A stretch of DNA of 64,000 nucleotides. It comes from Trichoplax sp. H2 (Eukaryota). Both the position numbers and the translations under genes were made by a program. Shown here one piece after another: positions 44,355-58,500 of the stretch; position 1 is the first letter of the stretch; the number at the start of each line of letters is the position of its first letter. Where the stretch lies: positions 248,001 to 312,000 of the forward strand of contig NOWV01000022.1 in assembly GCA_003344405.1 (NCBI GenBank), written 5' to 3'. A model generated the notes under the pieces. It searched no databases, was not told where the DNA came from, and saw only the letters and a program-made list of their open reading frames with translations.

Positions 44355-47332
44355 CTTTGATAACACTTTTCTCTGCCATATTATGTTATTTATCCATCTA
44401 CTATCATTTACTCTAGTTATTTATCTACTAATATTTTTTTTTATCTACATTAATGTATAGAGCAGTTTCTTCATTACTGTATACATCAGACCATAGAACA
44501 GGTTAAGATGGCTCAATGGCATGCTATCGCATTATGAATATCAAAATCAATGATAAGTTAATCCTAATATGGGAGATTGATATATTACAACATAATAATG
44601 GTGTCGATATTGAGGCAGTCTAAGATGACTTAAAAAATTAGAATCAATATTTTTATATCGATCTCCTTTTTTCGTTTTACTGTTACAAAGAATAATTGTC
44701 AAACATATTCTCTCAATCATTATTTTTAGTTATCATATGGTCAACTGTATGAAAAATTTCAAGCTATTTTCCGGGGAAAATACAAAAAAAATGACGGGGA
44801 AAAAAATCAGTTGAAAAATTAAACAGAAATGATGATCGATCAAGTTAAGGGTGCAAAGGTAGTCCTTCCAAAATTGAAAATAAAATAAAAAAAGATGATT
44901 AAATTGTTATGTATAATAGATAGATAAGTCCAATATTTTTTTAATAGGTTTATTTTAGCTTTAATTTATGATTACTTGACCAATATGCTTACTTATTTAA
45001 TATGATTGCTTGTCTAATGCAATTGATATCATTTTAATTATCGTTTCTATGTATGTATTTTTTTAAATAGGTTGCAAGTGATATGAATAATCAAAGTCGA
45101 GTAAGATATAAAATCAATATTATAACAAAATAGATGAGTTAAAGTTTGTTATAAATTGAGCAAAAGTTTGCCTATCTCTAATAGCTTGTGTGTACAATTC
45201 AAGGGTAAAGCACACATCGTTAAAATAGGGATAAAAAAACAAGTCGCATTTTTCATGTCCAAATATTTCTTTTTAACACGACGTGGTTACATTTATCAAG
45301 AGAAAGGAGGCGGTAAATCAAACTCTATTCTTTCAAATTGGAGAGTTTGGGCAAGACTACTACAACTAGTGTGCTACTACAACGTGTGTATCCTATGTTG
45401 TCGATGGATAGAAAGTTATACTAAGGAGGGATATGATGAAGGGTAGACTAATTTTAATTTCTATTCTTTTTTTTTTTTCGATTTTTTTTACCTTATCTTG
45501 TTCTTTAGGCTAGTGAATAAAATTGCAGATGTAATATGCATGATTGAAAAACAAAAGACACCAATTAATGATGATACTAAGGAAAGTAGGGATAGATAGG
45601 TCTCTGCTCGGTCAATATTTCAATAGGAAAGAAGTGTGTGTAAGAGAGAGAAAAATTGATTCAACTGATCCACTATTTCACCTGGGCATCACTTAGGGGC
45701 AGATGTTGGCGATAAATTGATGAAGGATTTTTATCTGGTCAAAATCATCATGATGACTATGTCGATGGAAGGATAATGATGATAATTGGATAGGACTTAG
45801 CTTATCGATCATGATCAAGTGATAAGACAAGATAAACTTTCTTCCTATTTAGAAACACTTTCTTTATCAACATCGATACGGTTATGTACTTATCAACACA
45901 GAATAATTCTAACACGTTGTCTATACCTCTCTGTCTACAATAACTCACTCTCTCTCTCTCTATGTATAAATAATATCTATTTTACTCTCTCTATCTCTAT
46001 ATACACAACAAGATAACAACAACATTGATTCTACAATTTCCAAAACTCACTAAATAGCGTGAATATCAACATGCAAATGATGGTCATCTAGCTGTGTCGA
46101 TCGATGTATATTTTTGGGTGAGATTAATTTATTTCTTTCCCCTTATCGTTTTTAATGATCATCAAAGATGATCGTATGCTATAGCCATGGATCGACTGTT
46201 GGCAGATGATCAAGTCGATAGCGAGCTAATCGATGACAATCAATGACTTACTTGTGAATAGTTTCTTTTTGATTCTGTTTTTTCACACAGCGAGGGAACT
46301 ATCTGCAATGCAATTTCCTTGACTGTCGTTGTAGACTACAAGTTATTTCGTTTTGCTAATTGGCCTTTCCTTTCTTGCTAGCTAACTAACGCTGTTGTTG
46401 ACCTACTAGGTGTAGCAACTGTTCTGCAATGCAACTTGCTGTCAGTTTTTATAGTAAATACTTTAATTCGATGCAATCATCAAACTCCGCCTCTTCCATT
46501 CTTCTCTATTGAGTAAGCATCAAAGGTTCACACCATTTATCGACCAACATCGGGATAGAAAGAAGGGGGGGGGGGGAGATCCTGTAATGGCGGGTCGATT
46601 ACCGCAACAGAGAGAACAATAAGGATAGAATGATTATTATTGTAATCAATACAGTACCTACTCCTGTTTCGATTGTCATTATGATAAGTAGAGGGTGGGC
46701 AAAAGTAGTACCGGTAGCAAAGAAAGTCAAGATGGAGAGAGCGATGAAAAGAATAAGCACCTTTGAGCAGATAACTAATTATTCATCGTCAATCGTTCTA
46801 TTACAGAATACGATTGGATTCAAAGTTATTGTACTCTCCACCAGTTGGCAATACTACTCTTCTATGCTAATAGCGGAGGCAGGAAAAAAAGAAAAAAATT
46901 TCAGTTTGATGAGCGGGCTATTGTCTTTCTTTATTAAATGGGCTACCTATCAAAAAACAGCAAGAATCCATATACGCGTCCATGGAGTGGATAATGGCTA
47001 AGAAAGAGAGAGACGGGAAAAAAAGTAATCTTCTCATTGATCCTAAATTGGGTAGGCTATCAAGTCATAATCCTATCTATCCATTTTGAAAAAGCAAAAA
47101 AAAAATAAATATCTAAATTGAATAAATTGGATATAAATGATATCAAATGAAAACATCTTGATCAAAGATGATACTAGTCATTAAAATAGACGTTTTCCAT
47201 TCCATCGCATGGCATTGACAAAAAAAATGTTATCAGTATAAATTGTTTTCAATTGACATACATCAGGTCTCATTGTATTTTTGCTTTTCTCTTCCGTATT
47301 ATATGATAAAAGAGAGGAAGTGATGATCAAAG
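44355..47332. promoter_or_regulatory. Cluster of TCF/LEF-type motifs upstream of FoxA
   Basis: CTTTGAT at 44355; ATCAAAG at 45090, 46161, 46519, 47161, 47326; TTCAAAG at 46819. Function is inferred. Confidence 0.45.
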
Positions 47333-50300
47333 ATACAAAATATATATTATAATAAGAAAAGATTGTAATTTGAACAGTTGGTAATGGAACGTAAGTTATT
47401 GAAGATCAAATTCAAGCACAACACTAGCAGTTATGCCACGATACTGTAGAATACTTTCAAGATTGCAACAACGATCATCATCAATGGAGAGAAAATGGAG
47501 ACGATAATGATTAGTTTTGTAGATGTGCCAGTTTTTTGAATTGTTGTCAATTCAATTCTTTTTACTGATGGTACTCCTGCTAACCGCATTTTAACGATCT
47601 TATGACTAGCATAGTAGAATTTGTGCTTTCTATTAAATAGGATAATGGAATAAAAAAAAATAGCAAGATTGACTGTTAATCATTGATCTATTGAACATGA
47701 CCACTGTAATGGATATTTTTTTTGTTGTTATTTCTTTCCATCGACTATCACACAAAGATCAATGAGCTTGTCGATAAGGATAGATAATCGTTTGGTTCAA
47801 TTAAATTGTAAATTAGCCTGTGTCATCATACGGTCAATTAAGGTATCCTATACACTTGCTGTTAGAGCATCGTTTCCAAAAAATGGCAAGCTGATGCTTC
47901 TAAGGATAAACATTGACTTTCTTTTGCTACCTTTTAATACCATCATTTGCAAGCCCTAGCTACTCCATCCTATCGTTATTCTACAATCATTAATCAATCA
48001 ACTCAGAATCAATGGAGAGGTATCATTAGTTGGGATTGACTTGAATCAATTGCCGTTATCTCAATATGATATCATGAACAGTCATCCATAGGCATTGTTT
48101 GACCATGGGGGGCCCTATTGTTTCAAGCGACCACGCACGTCATGGACAAGTTCATACTCTACAGCAACCGTGTTCCACACGTCAACCGTAGAAGACGTAC
48201 TGTACTCATCCAGGTCAACGTTCATCCTGATCAATAGTATTCTTTTATTCTCCCGCTCAATTTAATTTCACTGTAATTGAAAAAATTTTTTCCTAGTGAA
48301 AAATGTGCAAAAAAATGAGCAGAAAAATAAAAACCAATATTGTCATTCCAGGATCATTTTTGGGTCGGTTAAAAATGAAGCGAGCACTTGGTGATATATT
48401 GGAATAAAGTGGTAGGAAAATAAAGCAATTAAAGCAAGAGTAATAACTACAACAGTGAATAATGACCTCTTGCTGTTAGAAAAGAAAAAAAAGAATAATT
48501 ATTGAAATAACTATCATTAATCTATTAGCAGGAATAATAATGAGATGATCGATCATTATAATCATCCCTTGTTATGATGTCATTGATCCAGTTTGCTACC
48601 ACAGACAAAAAAAAAGAAATGCTATGATGGATGGCATAGCTACCGTAGCATAAAGCAATACCGATTTATTTGAAAATGATTTGGAAAATATAGTCGGCAA
48701 TTCATTGATTGCTTCCTACTCGTGTCGATGATGATGATTTATCTCTCGGTAGAAATGGACAAATGATTAAAAATAAAAAATGATTTGAATGACGTAAAAA
48801 TAATAAGGGGGGGGGAAAGAGAGAGAAAAAGGAAAATGGAAATGTTGCTGAATAAGGATAATAGTCATGATAATAAATCAATCACAGATGGCTACTGCTG
48901 GATGATTGATTATCATCTTTGAAAGTTGTATCTTAATGAGGCGCCATACTATGAATGCTATAGTGAAAAGGCAATCAATAATGGTGTCTGTACGTTTAGA
49001 GTCAAGCCAATGCTGGTTGCTACAGTTGAACCGAAGACAAAGTCAATTCACTTTATCCACTAGTACAATTAAAAATTTAAAAAATTGAGACTGCTAATAT
49101 AATAGGCTAACGTTGTCGCTAACGATATCAAAATGATTTCAGGAAGTGAATCAATATGACTATGCAATGTATTTATCAGCATCCATTTAGACTTTTAGAC
49201 TAGACCATTTGACCATTGTTGTTATAAGCTCATTTTTGACAGAGATCAATTCAGTTTTGTCAAGTTGTATGCGCTATCAATGAATAATGGTACCAATAGT
49301 TCGATCACGTATTTGGGTTACTGTCGATTTTTCCCTTTCAATTCATCATTAATCGTAGGATAACTTTCCCTACGTTTATGTTACTCAATCTATTAATTTA
49401 TTCATTTTTACTTTACTTTATCGATAATCATTGATGATAGTTGATTTTCAGGAGAGAAAAAAAAAAAATCATGTAGATGCAATGACTAAGAGTTGATCAA
49501 CAGTCAGCAGTATTTCTCTGCCTCTATTTTCACCATTCAAATTGTTGTTGTATTATCTATAGCATTGTTTTCACATCGCTCTTGAATGTTGTATCAATAT
49601 TGTAAAGCTTGACAGGTAATGTATAATAGGATTCAATACTATATGTTGGTAAACTCTTGATATACAAAATGTCCACAGTAGATTATCCTCTAATCAGTCA
49701 ATTCTACTAATATCAGTTGACATGTGCATTTGATTGCAAGCTTATCTATTTTATCCTATTTGTTGTTGTTATTCTATTCCAACTCATCTCTATGTACATT
49801 GTGTCAAGATGTAGACAGTAGTGATCAGTCGATGACAATAGTAGCTCATTTAACTATCGGCTCTGTTACATCATCTATTAAATATCTATTTTAGACATAT
49901 TTTATCCTCATTTTAAATTGTATTGATCATACTTGAAAAGTGAAGTTGGATAGAATAGTGATAGAAAGTGTATTGAAAAGATTAGAAAGCAAAATGCAAG
50001 AGATAGAAATTTAAAAAATTTTTTTTTAATTAGATAGAATGATTGATTTCATTCAATTTATTTTTACATTATTTGATTCATCTAGGATTGGATAAAAAGA
50101 AGCATGCACACAGTTCTACATACTCAACACATACAGTATACAAAAAGTAATAGTATATAAACATTTAGGATAAATAAAACATCATTTGATCCAGATAGAT
50201 GAGTAAGAATTTCAAAGAATTAAAAAAATTCACCTTGATTCTATTATGAATGTATTCTTTACTGGCTAATTTATCTATTGTGCTATTCTTTTCTCCATCC

Positions 50301-50754
50301 GTTATTTATCTCTGTTTCAACTCTAATTTTCCAGTAAGCAAACTTGACTACTGTCTTGGTTGATCAAATATAGATATTAGCCAGTGGACGTTATTGGTAG
50401 GCAATGCTGTAGACAGATACAATTTGACAAATTAAATTTTAGTCATATTGAAATCCTCGTAGCTCCTATCACTCGACTTCATGTCATCGCTCCATTTTTC
50501 TCTTGCATATCAACGCATTGGGATACAAGACGATACTGATAGCAAATTATAATTAATTATCGATATTTTTTTCCCCCCTAGTTGTTGGATTCATTATTAA
50601 TATTTTTGTTTTCTCAGGTTATTATTTTTCTCTCTTTAATTTTTATTTATTCTCTTTTTCCACGAACTCATTATTCTTTCATAGACTTTAGTCAAAAGTC
50701 ATTCTATAAATCTCCCCTAATTTCTTTGTCTTCGTTTTCTTTAGCTTTTTTACT

Positions 50755-50803
50755 ATTATGATTATTATTATCATCATCATCATCATCATCATAATCATCA
50801 TCA
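50755..50803. repeat. (ATT)n/(CAT)n trinucleotide microsatellite
   Basis: attattattatcatcatcatcatcatcatcataatcatcatc. Confidence 0.85.
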
Positions 50804-53800
50804 CTATTAATTTCTTTTTAATATAGCATAATACCTGGTCTAATTTTATATTCGACAGGGGTTATCTAGTATTGATAGGGACCTGTTTTGTTGTTTTTTT
50901 GTTTTCTTCTGTGGGCTGGACCAGCAATTAACACGGTAAACAGTCCTCCAATAGCTATTGAATGGATATATTCTCTGGCATCTATGCCAAATGTTCACGT
51001 AAATATATTCTTATGTATTTTTATTCCAATTTAATCATTTAATCATCACGTCAACGATTTTGATACAACTAGAACGCGCATATTTTATTTTGAATATAGC
51101 TCTATTTCATTCTTTTGATGGCAAATCATAATCAATGATAGTATAGGATGTTAATGGAATAACTTGTACACGAGTTGGTGTACTTCCGAAATGACATGTG
51201 TCCAAGAATAGGTTATTGCTATAAAATTAATGACGGAAAGATGGCCAATTGTCTATTATAACAAAACTTCCATATCCATTATTTCTCATATCGTGCCTAA
51301 TCTCTCACAAACGCGTCTTATTAGACCGTCTTTTAGGATTGATTAATCGATAAATAATTTGGCTTACTGTACCTATTTTGAATTCAAAGAATTTATTCCC
51401 TTGCTAACCCATCGTTCTATTTTCATAAGTGATCATTTCATAATTACAAATTTTAGTCATCTATACAACTTGCAAATCATTTGCATATGACTAACATTGA
51501 TCTTTTCAAATCAAACAGAATTCCCTGTAAGGATATTAATTTAATATCTATGCCAATACAGCGGATTATCCATCAGTATGACAATTTGTTTTAATTATAA
51601 AAGAAATATTTCAAAGTAATTTCTTACCTTGAATTGATTACATTAGTACTTATATTATCATACTTGATTGTTTAATGTAGTAGTAATAATATTGAACAGT
51701 TAATCTCAACTGAAGATAATACTAAACTGCAAATCATAGAATAAGATTGAGATACGTCAATTAAGGAATAATTATAACAGATTGTATTCTATTACCGAAT
51801 ATATGCAGTAGTATTGCAATAGTTTCGGAATAGTACAAAGTGGATCTTTTAAAAATTATTTAATAGCATTTGATCATGTCACCAATTGTCATTAATTTTT
51901 TCTTGATAACTTACAGAGAATTTTCAATGAAAAAATATAATTTATGCCTAACTGATGTGTTGAGTTCTCATAAGGTTTTAGCTAAAATATTTTTGAAATT
52001 GAAAATTTAGTTGATAAAAAATAGCTATCAGTAAAAATTGGCTACTCAATCTTTTTCTACCCGACATTATTAAAGTATATTTTAATCCACCGTTATGATT
52101 ATTCGTAGTCACTATCAACTAGCTACTCATTATTATCCTTATTCAATTGATAGAAAACTTCTAATGTATTAGATTAGATACCCAAAAGATGCTATTAAAG
52201 TAGATAATAAGCGATTGTATTGTAAGATAAAAATTAAACACGTATTGTGATTGAAACTATTGATATTTCTATTAGCATATCAATCATTTCTTTTAATCGG
52301 CTGTTAAGACAGAAAGATTGCCAACAATAACCCAGCTTGCACTTGCTAAAATGATATCATTCATTAATTGACGTCTTTCAAAACATGGCATTAATTAAAG
52401 CGTTAAAAATAAAATAAAACACTATAGTTAGCAATTGAATCAGATGATTTTATCAATCTGTGATGGAGAAACTTGACCTTATTGATTTTGAATCCAAATT
52501 TAAATTTATGTTATTTGGACTTGATAGATGATTCGATAATATACGTATTTTTCAAAGTTGATTATTAATTAATTTTATCCTCTTAAACGGTATATTTTTT
52601 ATTGATTGATTGCTATCACCTCTATATTATATTTGACCATTATATCGATGTATTTAGTAGACATAGTAAGCGGCAATACTAACATTATCTGCTCTATGAC
52701 AAGCATTTAAACTAGATACAACTTATCAGTCGATAAATTTTGATAGTACTCTATGTCAATAGGCTCAATGTATAAAAAAATATTGATCATCTTTGCATTT
52801 ACACTTATTCGGTTTAAGTAGACATATCTAAGTCGATGATGTATGCCTACATACTATGTATCATTTATTTTGAAAAATAATATTTAAAATTGACAACTTT
52901 GAACACCGCCAGTCTATATACATTAAGCACTAATTTCGATCTACCAACTTGTCCTGTTATGTGATATTGTTGGATCAGCATCAGTCTAGCAACGTAAAAT
53001 CAACATAGTAATGATGAAAGTTGGAGCGACAAATAGGATAATTATATAATTAATCACAATGTTGTACTTATTAAATGAATCATCATTAGATAATTAGCCC
53101 TTTTTAAATTGAAATACAGAGTCTGTTAGTAAAATAAATGTAAATTGACGATGGAAAAAAATTAATTTTTTTCTCTTACATTGTGTGTTTAAAAACATAT
53201 TGAGCCAGTGTACAGCATCCATTACTTAACTAATAGGTTATCGACAAGATATCAATTTAATCATCAAGGCGTGGCTAAAAGAACGACAGAAACATCTGTA
53301 CTGGCTGACAGTAGAAAGACGTAGAATTGATATGGTTAATGTATTCCACACTATGCTATTATTTGTTGTTGTCTTTTTCATTTTGAAATCATCCATGATC
53401 GTCATATTGAATGTTGGGTATTTTTACTTTCGACTATGTCAATCAAATTGAACCGTTCAGCACCTGTGAGGTCTTTGTTTGAGCAAAGTATTGATCTTAA
53501 ATTCGTCCATATTTGTTTTCCTTGCTATATACAACAGAATATATAATTATTATTGAACGTAGATCAAATCTCATTAATTAATCGTTACAGAAAATAAATA
53601 TCAAGATTACTTTATATATACAGTATATGAGTGTGTTATACGCAAATTTATATTCAATAAACTAAACTCAATCGTATGCATGTTGTGCTAATTTAGGCAC
53701 ATTATACACTATCTACAGCATAAGCAAATACCGTGCCGGTAGCTCATCACAAACATGATATTGAATAAACTGTTCGATTAGAATCAAAATATAAAATGGG

Positions 53801-55530
53801 ATGATAGTTTTATAATAGAATAATCAAAAACTGATTGCATTCTATCATATTTTCGTATCTATTCTTAATAATATCATAACCAATTATAAATATGACAATC
53901 ATATGCGGATATGAAGTACTAATCAATCTAATATTATTCAACACTGCTGTTTCGGGCAGGATTTTAATCAGTTGGTAACGATAAAAGAGATTATTAGCAA
54001 AAGAATGGTAATTTAAGTTATCTATAGTAATGGAAATTCGGTATAATATTCCTTAACCAGAATTATCTTAGCTTTTCAACTTGTAAGTATTCTCATTAGA
54101 AAGGAAGAATGGTACCAATTACATAAGATTAAATGTAGAAAATGGTAATTTGTTTTAAGTAAAGAAATAAATTTAAGTTTAGATGTTACATTTGATATCT
54201 TAATCAATAGCTGTGAGTCAAGCTTTTAAATAATTATGATCTAGTAAATAGACACTTTCACATTCACACCAGAAAGAAACATATAGCGTAAATAAAAGTA
54301 TAAACAAGGAACAGATAGAATATAAACAGTAAACTTGAAATTCAGATATGATGTTTAATAGTATAATACAAAAGAATACAGATAGTCTGTATGAACTGGT
54401 GTTTCAGTATCAATACAGGCTTAGAGTTGTAAATATCATATTAAGATAGACATATGAGTTCAAAATAAAATCTATAATGGAAGAATTTTTCTAGCCATGA
54501 CAGCTTGCGACACTTTTAAATTATCTATGATTAAAATTGTTATTTTTCAAAATCGGTATCGCTGATCTATCTTTGATTTATTATAATTACTTAAAAATAA
54601 AAACTAATAGTAGGATAACAGTTTAAATACTGTAGTTATCATTAAGAAATAAAAAGCTAAGAACAAAAGAGCTAAATTAACGAAAGAAACAAAGTACTAT
54701 CTTTTCTCTATAAATAAAATTTATATAGTTAGGAAGAGTATAGAAATCATTATTGACGTTTATTCTTCGAGACCATTCGTATTATGTATATAATTATGGT
54801 CATATGCTAGGATAGAACAATATAAAATGTGAAGTACCTAACCAACAATGGATTGTTATTGATTAAAAATGAACAAATAACACCCGCTGTAAAACAACAG
54901 TTGAGTTTTAAATTTAATTGATCACTCAAACTGTTTATTGTCTATATTTTCATTCCATGTTGTACATCGAGGCTAATTATGCTAATACCCTAGATATCAT
55001 TATTCTACTTAAAGAGATATACAAAAAAACGTGTCTTAATGCATTCTAAATCATAACAAATTCGTACATTGTATGACAGTAATATTAATTCCGAATGTAG
55101 AGGTTATCTTTTGGTTTAAGTATCATAAAATATTAGTGGAAGATGAAAATAAGATCCAATAATTAATATAAAATTTTAAATCAAGATATGATAATATTAT
55201 ACAGTACAAAGATCAGAGATTATGTCTGATTAAAAATATTACTCTTAAAGTCAGGAAAAATAAAAGTTTTCACCGTTAGACTAGTTCCTGATGATTCTTG
55301 CAGTATCTAATCTAGAAATTTATTGCTAATTGTAGAAGGTATCGGTATATTAATTGAAAATAAAAATAGAAGATTCTTCAGATTTTCTTTCTTTAATATG
55401 TTGGTTTTGTCAACTTAGTAGTTTCAATCACTTCAGTCTTCATTGCTCTCGTGTTACTAAAGTTTTTAATAATATGAAGGAGTTAAAAACTAATTTTTAT
55501 CGATGAAAATTCTGTATGAAAGATTAATGA

Positions 55531-55550
55531 ACTGCGAATCGATTCGCAGT
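55531..55550. repeat. Perfect 20 bp palindrome
   Basis: ACTGCGAATCGATTCGCAGT equals its own reverse complement; flanks extend via AATG/CATT after one mismatch. Confidence 0.9.
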
Positions 55551-58500
55551 GCATTTATTTAATCAAATATAAATTATACTGCTTCAAAATTATTAAAATA
55601 GTAAATATATTTAAGACAACCTTTAAATACTGTACTCTATACTAAATGATTGGATGGTTTGAAGATATATCCATAGGGAATGGATGAGATTGAATAAATA
55701 GGATATTTTAAGTTTAAAAATAAAAAATTACTATTGCATTCAATATTGCTAAATGGTCTTTATTTGATGGCATAGACATTCATCTAGTTTTTGGTTGAAA
55801 AAATTATAGATTTGCCTTAAAGTGCATCTTATTAGCGAGGTGTTAGAAATCTTTGGAAAATGAGTTAGTTTAATAAGTATGTATTTACATTTCATTTTAT
55901 TGTAGATACAGTTCAATCGATGATATTATTAGCAGCAGAAAACAAGCGAAAGATTATTTATCGATAAATCATAAAGTTCATTCAATATTTATCCATTACG
56001 CCTGATCAGTGCTGAGAGGTGATGGTTATGGTACTTATGGATCCTAAAGGATAATTTTTGTGAAAATTTTTAAATAAGAGCTACTGTACTGTTTTAAACT
56101 AAATTTTAAAATATCTTCCGATATTAGAAAACACTATTAACATATCCTATAGATTTTCATTCTTTTCTAAAATACTTGCAATTTTAATGTCTTAGAAATT
56201 TGCAGTAATGGCAAGTAAATGAAAGTGCTAAACTAAGACCATATTTAATACATCCAAGTTAATCTTAATATCTCTCTCTCTATATATATACGTATTATGA
56301 TTAATTTGAATGAAACCAAAATTAGTCCTTATGTATACTTGCGGCTCTTATGTCAAAACAATCAATGTATTGTATTAGAATACCTAGGTATGATATGCTC
56401 ATAGAACTACGTTTTGGCCTGTTCTAACAAGATTTGTTGATATACAGCATTTAAAAAAGTAATGCATAAGTGTAATGTTTCAGGAACCTGTATACTTTTA
56501 TTTTATTTCTTGTAAACGAAATAAGATAAATTTCACACTACATTGTGGATAGAGAACTTAAATGTTCTTCGTCAAGAGATACTTAGGCATAGAATCTTGC
56601 CTATTCTGCAAGGTGAAAAATATTACCGTTTGAGCATAAGAGAATGGATTAAATTTAGCCGAGATATTAAATACTACTCTAAATTTTAAAGTATCTGTAC
56701 TACACGTATAATTTGAATATCGTAAAGGCATCGATTAAAAGTGTTGTGGATTGATTTCATCTCTGATCAGTGACAATAAAAGATTACATACGAAGCAAAG
56801 TACTAATTTTTGCTTTTGGCATTGATTAGAAGTAATATACTGCATATGCAATACATATCTGTATCAATATGCAGTCTTGCGGTAGCAAAGTCTATTTATG
56901 AAGTTAATAGACTTACATAAGTTTAATGCAATTTTTACTTCCATTTACTGAAAATTGAAACCCATTTTATTGAAACTAAGTTAATGTACAAATTTCTAGT
57001 CTATGCTGAGTATCTAGATATATCAAATGCTATATAATAGCGGCATATCTTTGAATTGATATTACTAGCATATATTTGTCTATATCGGGTAATGCTAGGA
57101 ATCTCCTATTAATGTGCAGAAAAGTCAATAAAAACGCTTATATTAAGTATTTATCGAAAGATAATATCTATGTTCAATATTATCATAATAAAGATGATCT
57201 AGTAAGGAGTTCTTACCCGAAATTTGAGTATAGCAGGTTAAGTTTACATTATAAACTAATAAAAAGATTTTCGTGCTAGAAATTAATTTAATATTTAACT
57301 ACCTAACAGATTCTAAGTTTGAGTACTTGATCTATCCAAGTTACATTTTATCACGTATAAGACCAGTATATTTTATTTTAAATGATTAGATGAACCAAAA
57401 AAATAATTCCTCCTATAGCTTCTATCGTAGTATTCATTTATATGAGGACGCACATGGTATTATACGGATATATTTCAATATTATAATATTGTTACAGTGA
57501 TAAATGTAATATAACAGCAACCCTTTTTAAGATTCCCAATTACTTTTCAAGACAAACTTAACGCAAAAGAATACAAAAATGATCTTAAAGAGATGACAAA
57601 TTCAGGTAAGCTGTGGAAAATTATGATTAGCATACTCTAGGCATTAAATAAGTCATAAAATTACTATTGTCGTAATAATCTTGTTTGGTTTGTCAAATAG
57701 CTATGATTCGATATTGTTCATGTCGTATTTGCAACATGAAAACGATAAAAACTTATTTCTCGATTATTTTATTAGTCTCTAAACTGTAAATACTGTATAT
57801 AATTAACGTAAATATGTATTCGATAAACTTATTTCATAATTATATGTTACCATTAGATCTATTGGTTACATTAACTAAAGAATTATTTACTGCTATTTAA
57901 TTATATATTTATTAAACATAGTAATATGCTGTCCATATTAATTACTTTTCACCGAATGTATTAAGGAAGATTCCTTATAAGATTACAAAAAACAGCTATT
58001 TTCTTCATTCAAGCAGAGGGACGAAAAATTTTATACTAGGAGGAATTCAATATTGAACATCAGTAGGATAATTAAATTAAGAAGCGGCAATATCGTGTCT
58101 AAAAATTATCTTTTACGATTAAAAAGCACATAATATATTTATGATAGGAAGGAACTGATAAATTAGAACGGTTTCTAATAAAACTTTATTGTAACTATGA
58201 GATCAAAGACTGAATGTTGAATTTAAATTAATAATTGATGAAAATATCATTTTAAAATTATTTAATAGCTAGAATTGCAATTAGACCGATGAAATAGGAC
58301 TTTAATGATATTGTAACAATTTATTTCCAATTTACCTTTTAATTGTATAGCATAGATTATAGTAGGTTATTTTCATAAAGTATTATTTAAATTTTTTTCA
58401 TTTACAGGTGCAAATAAAGCCTTTATGCCTGGAAAATTAAGAATTGTTAGTAGTCAATAGTTGCTAATGATTCATAAACTGTCATGACATTTTAATTATT

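Noticed and set aside
27317..57279. Short ORFs in the desert (for example 29878, 34121, 38464, 45156, 46630, 57076)
   Set aside because: 60-120 aa, AT-biased composition, many non-ATG starts, no domain resemblance and no consistent splice chain.
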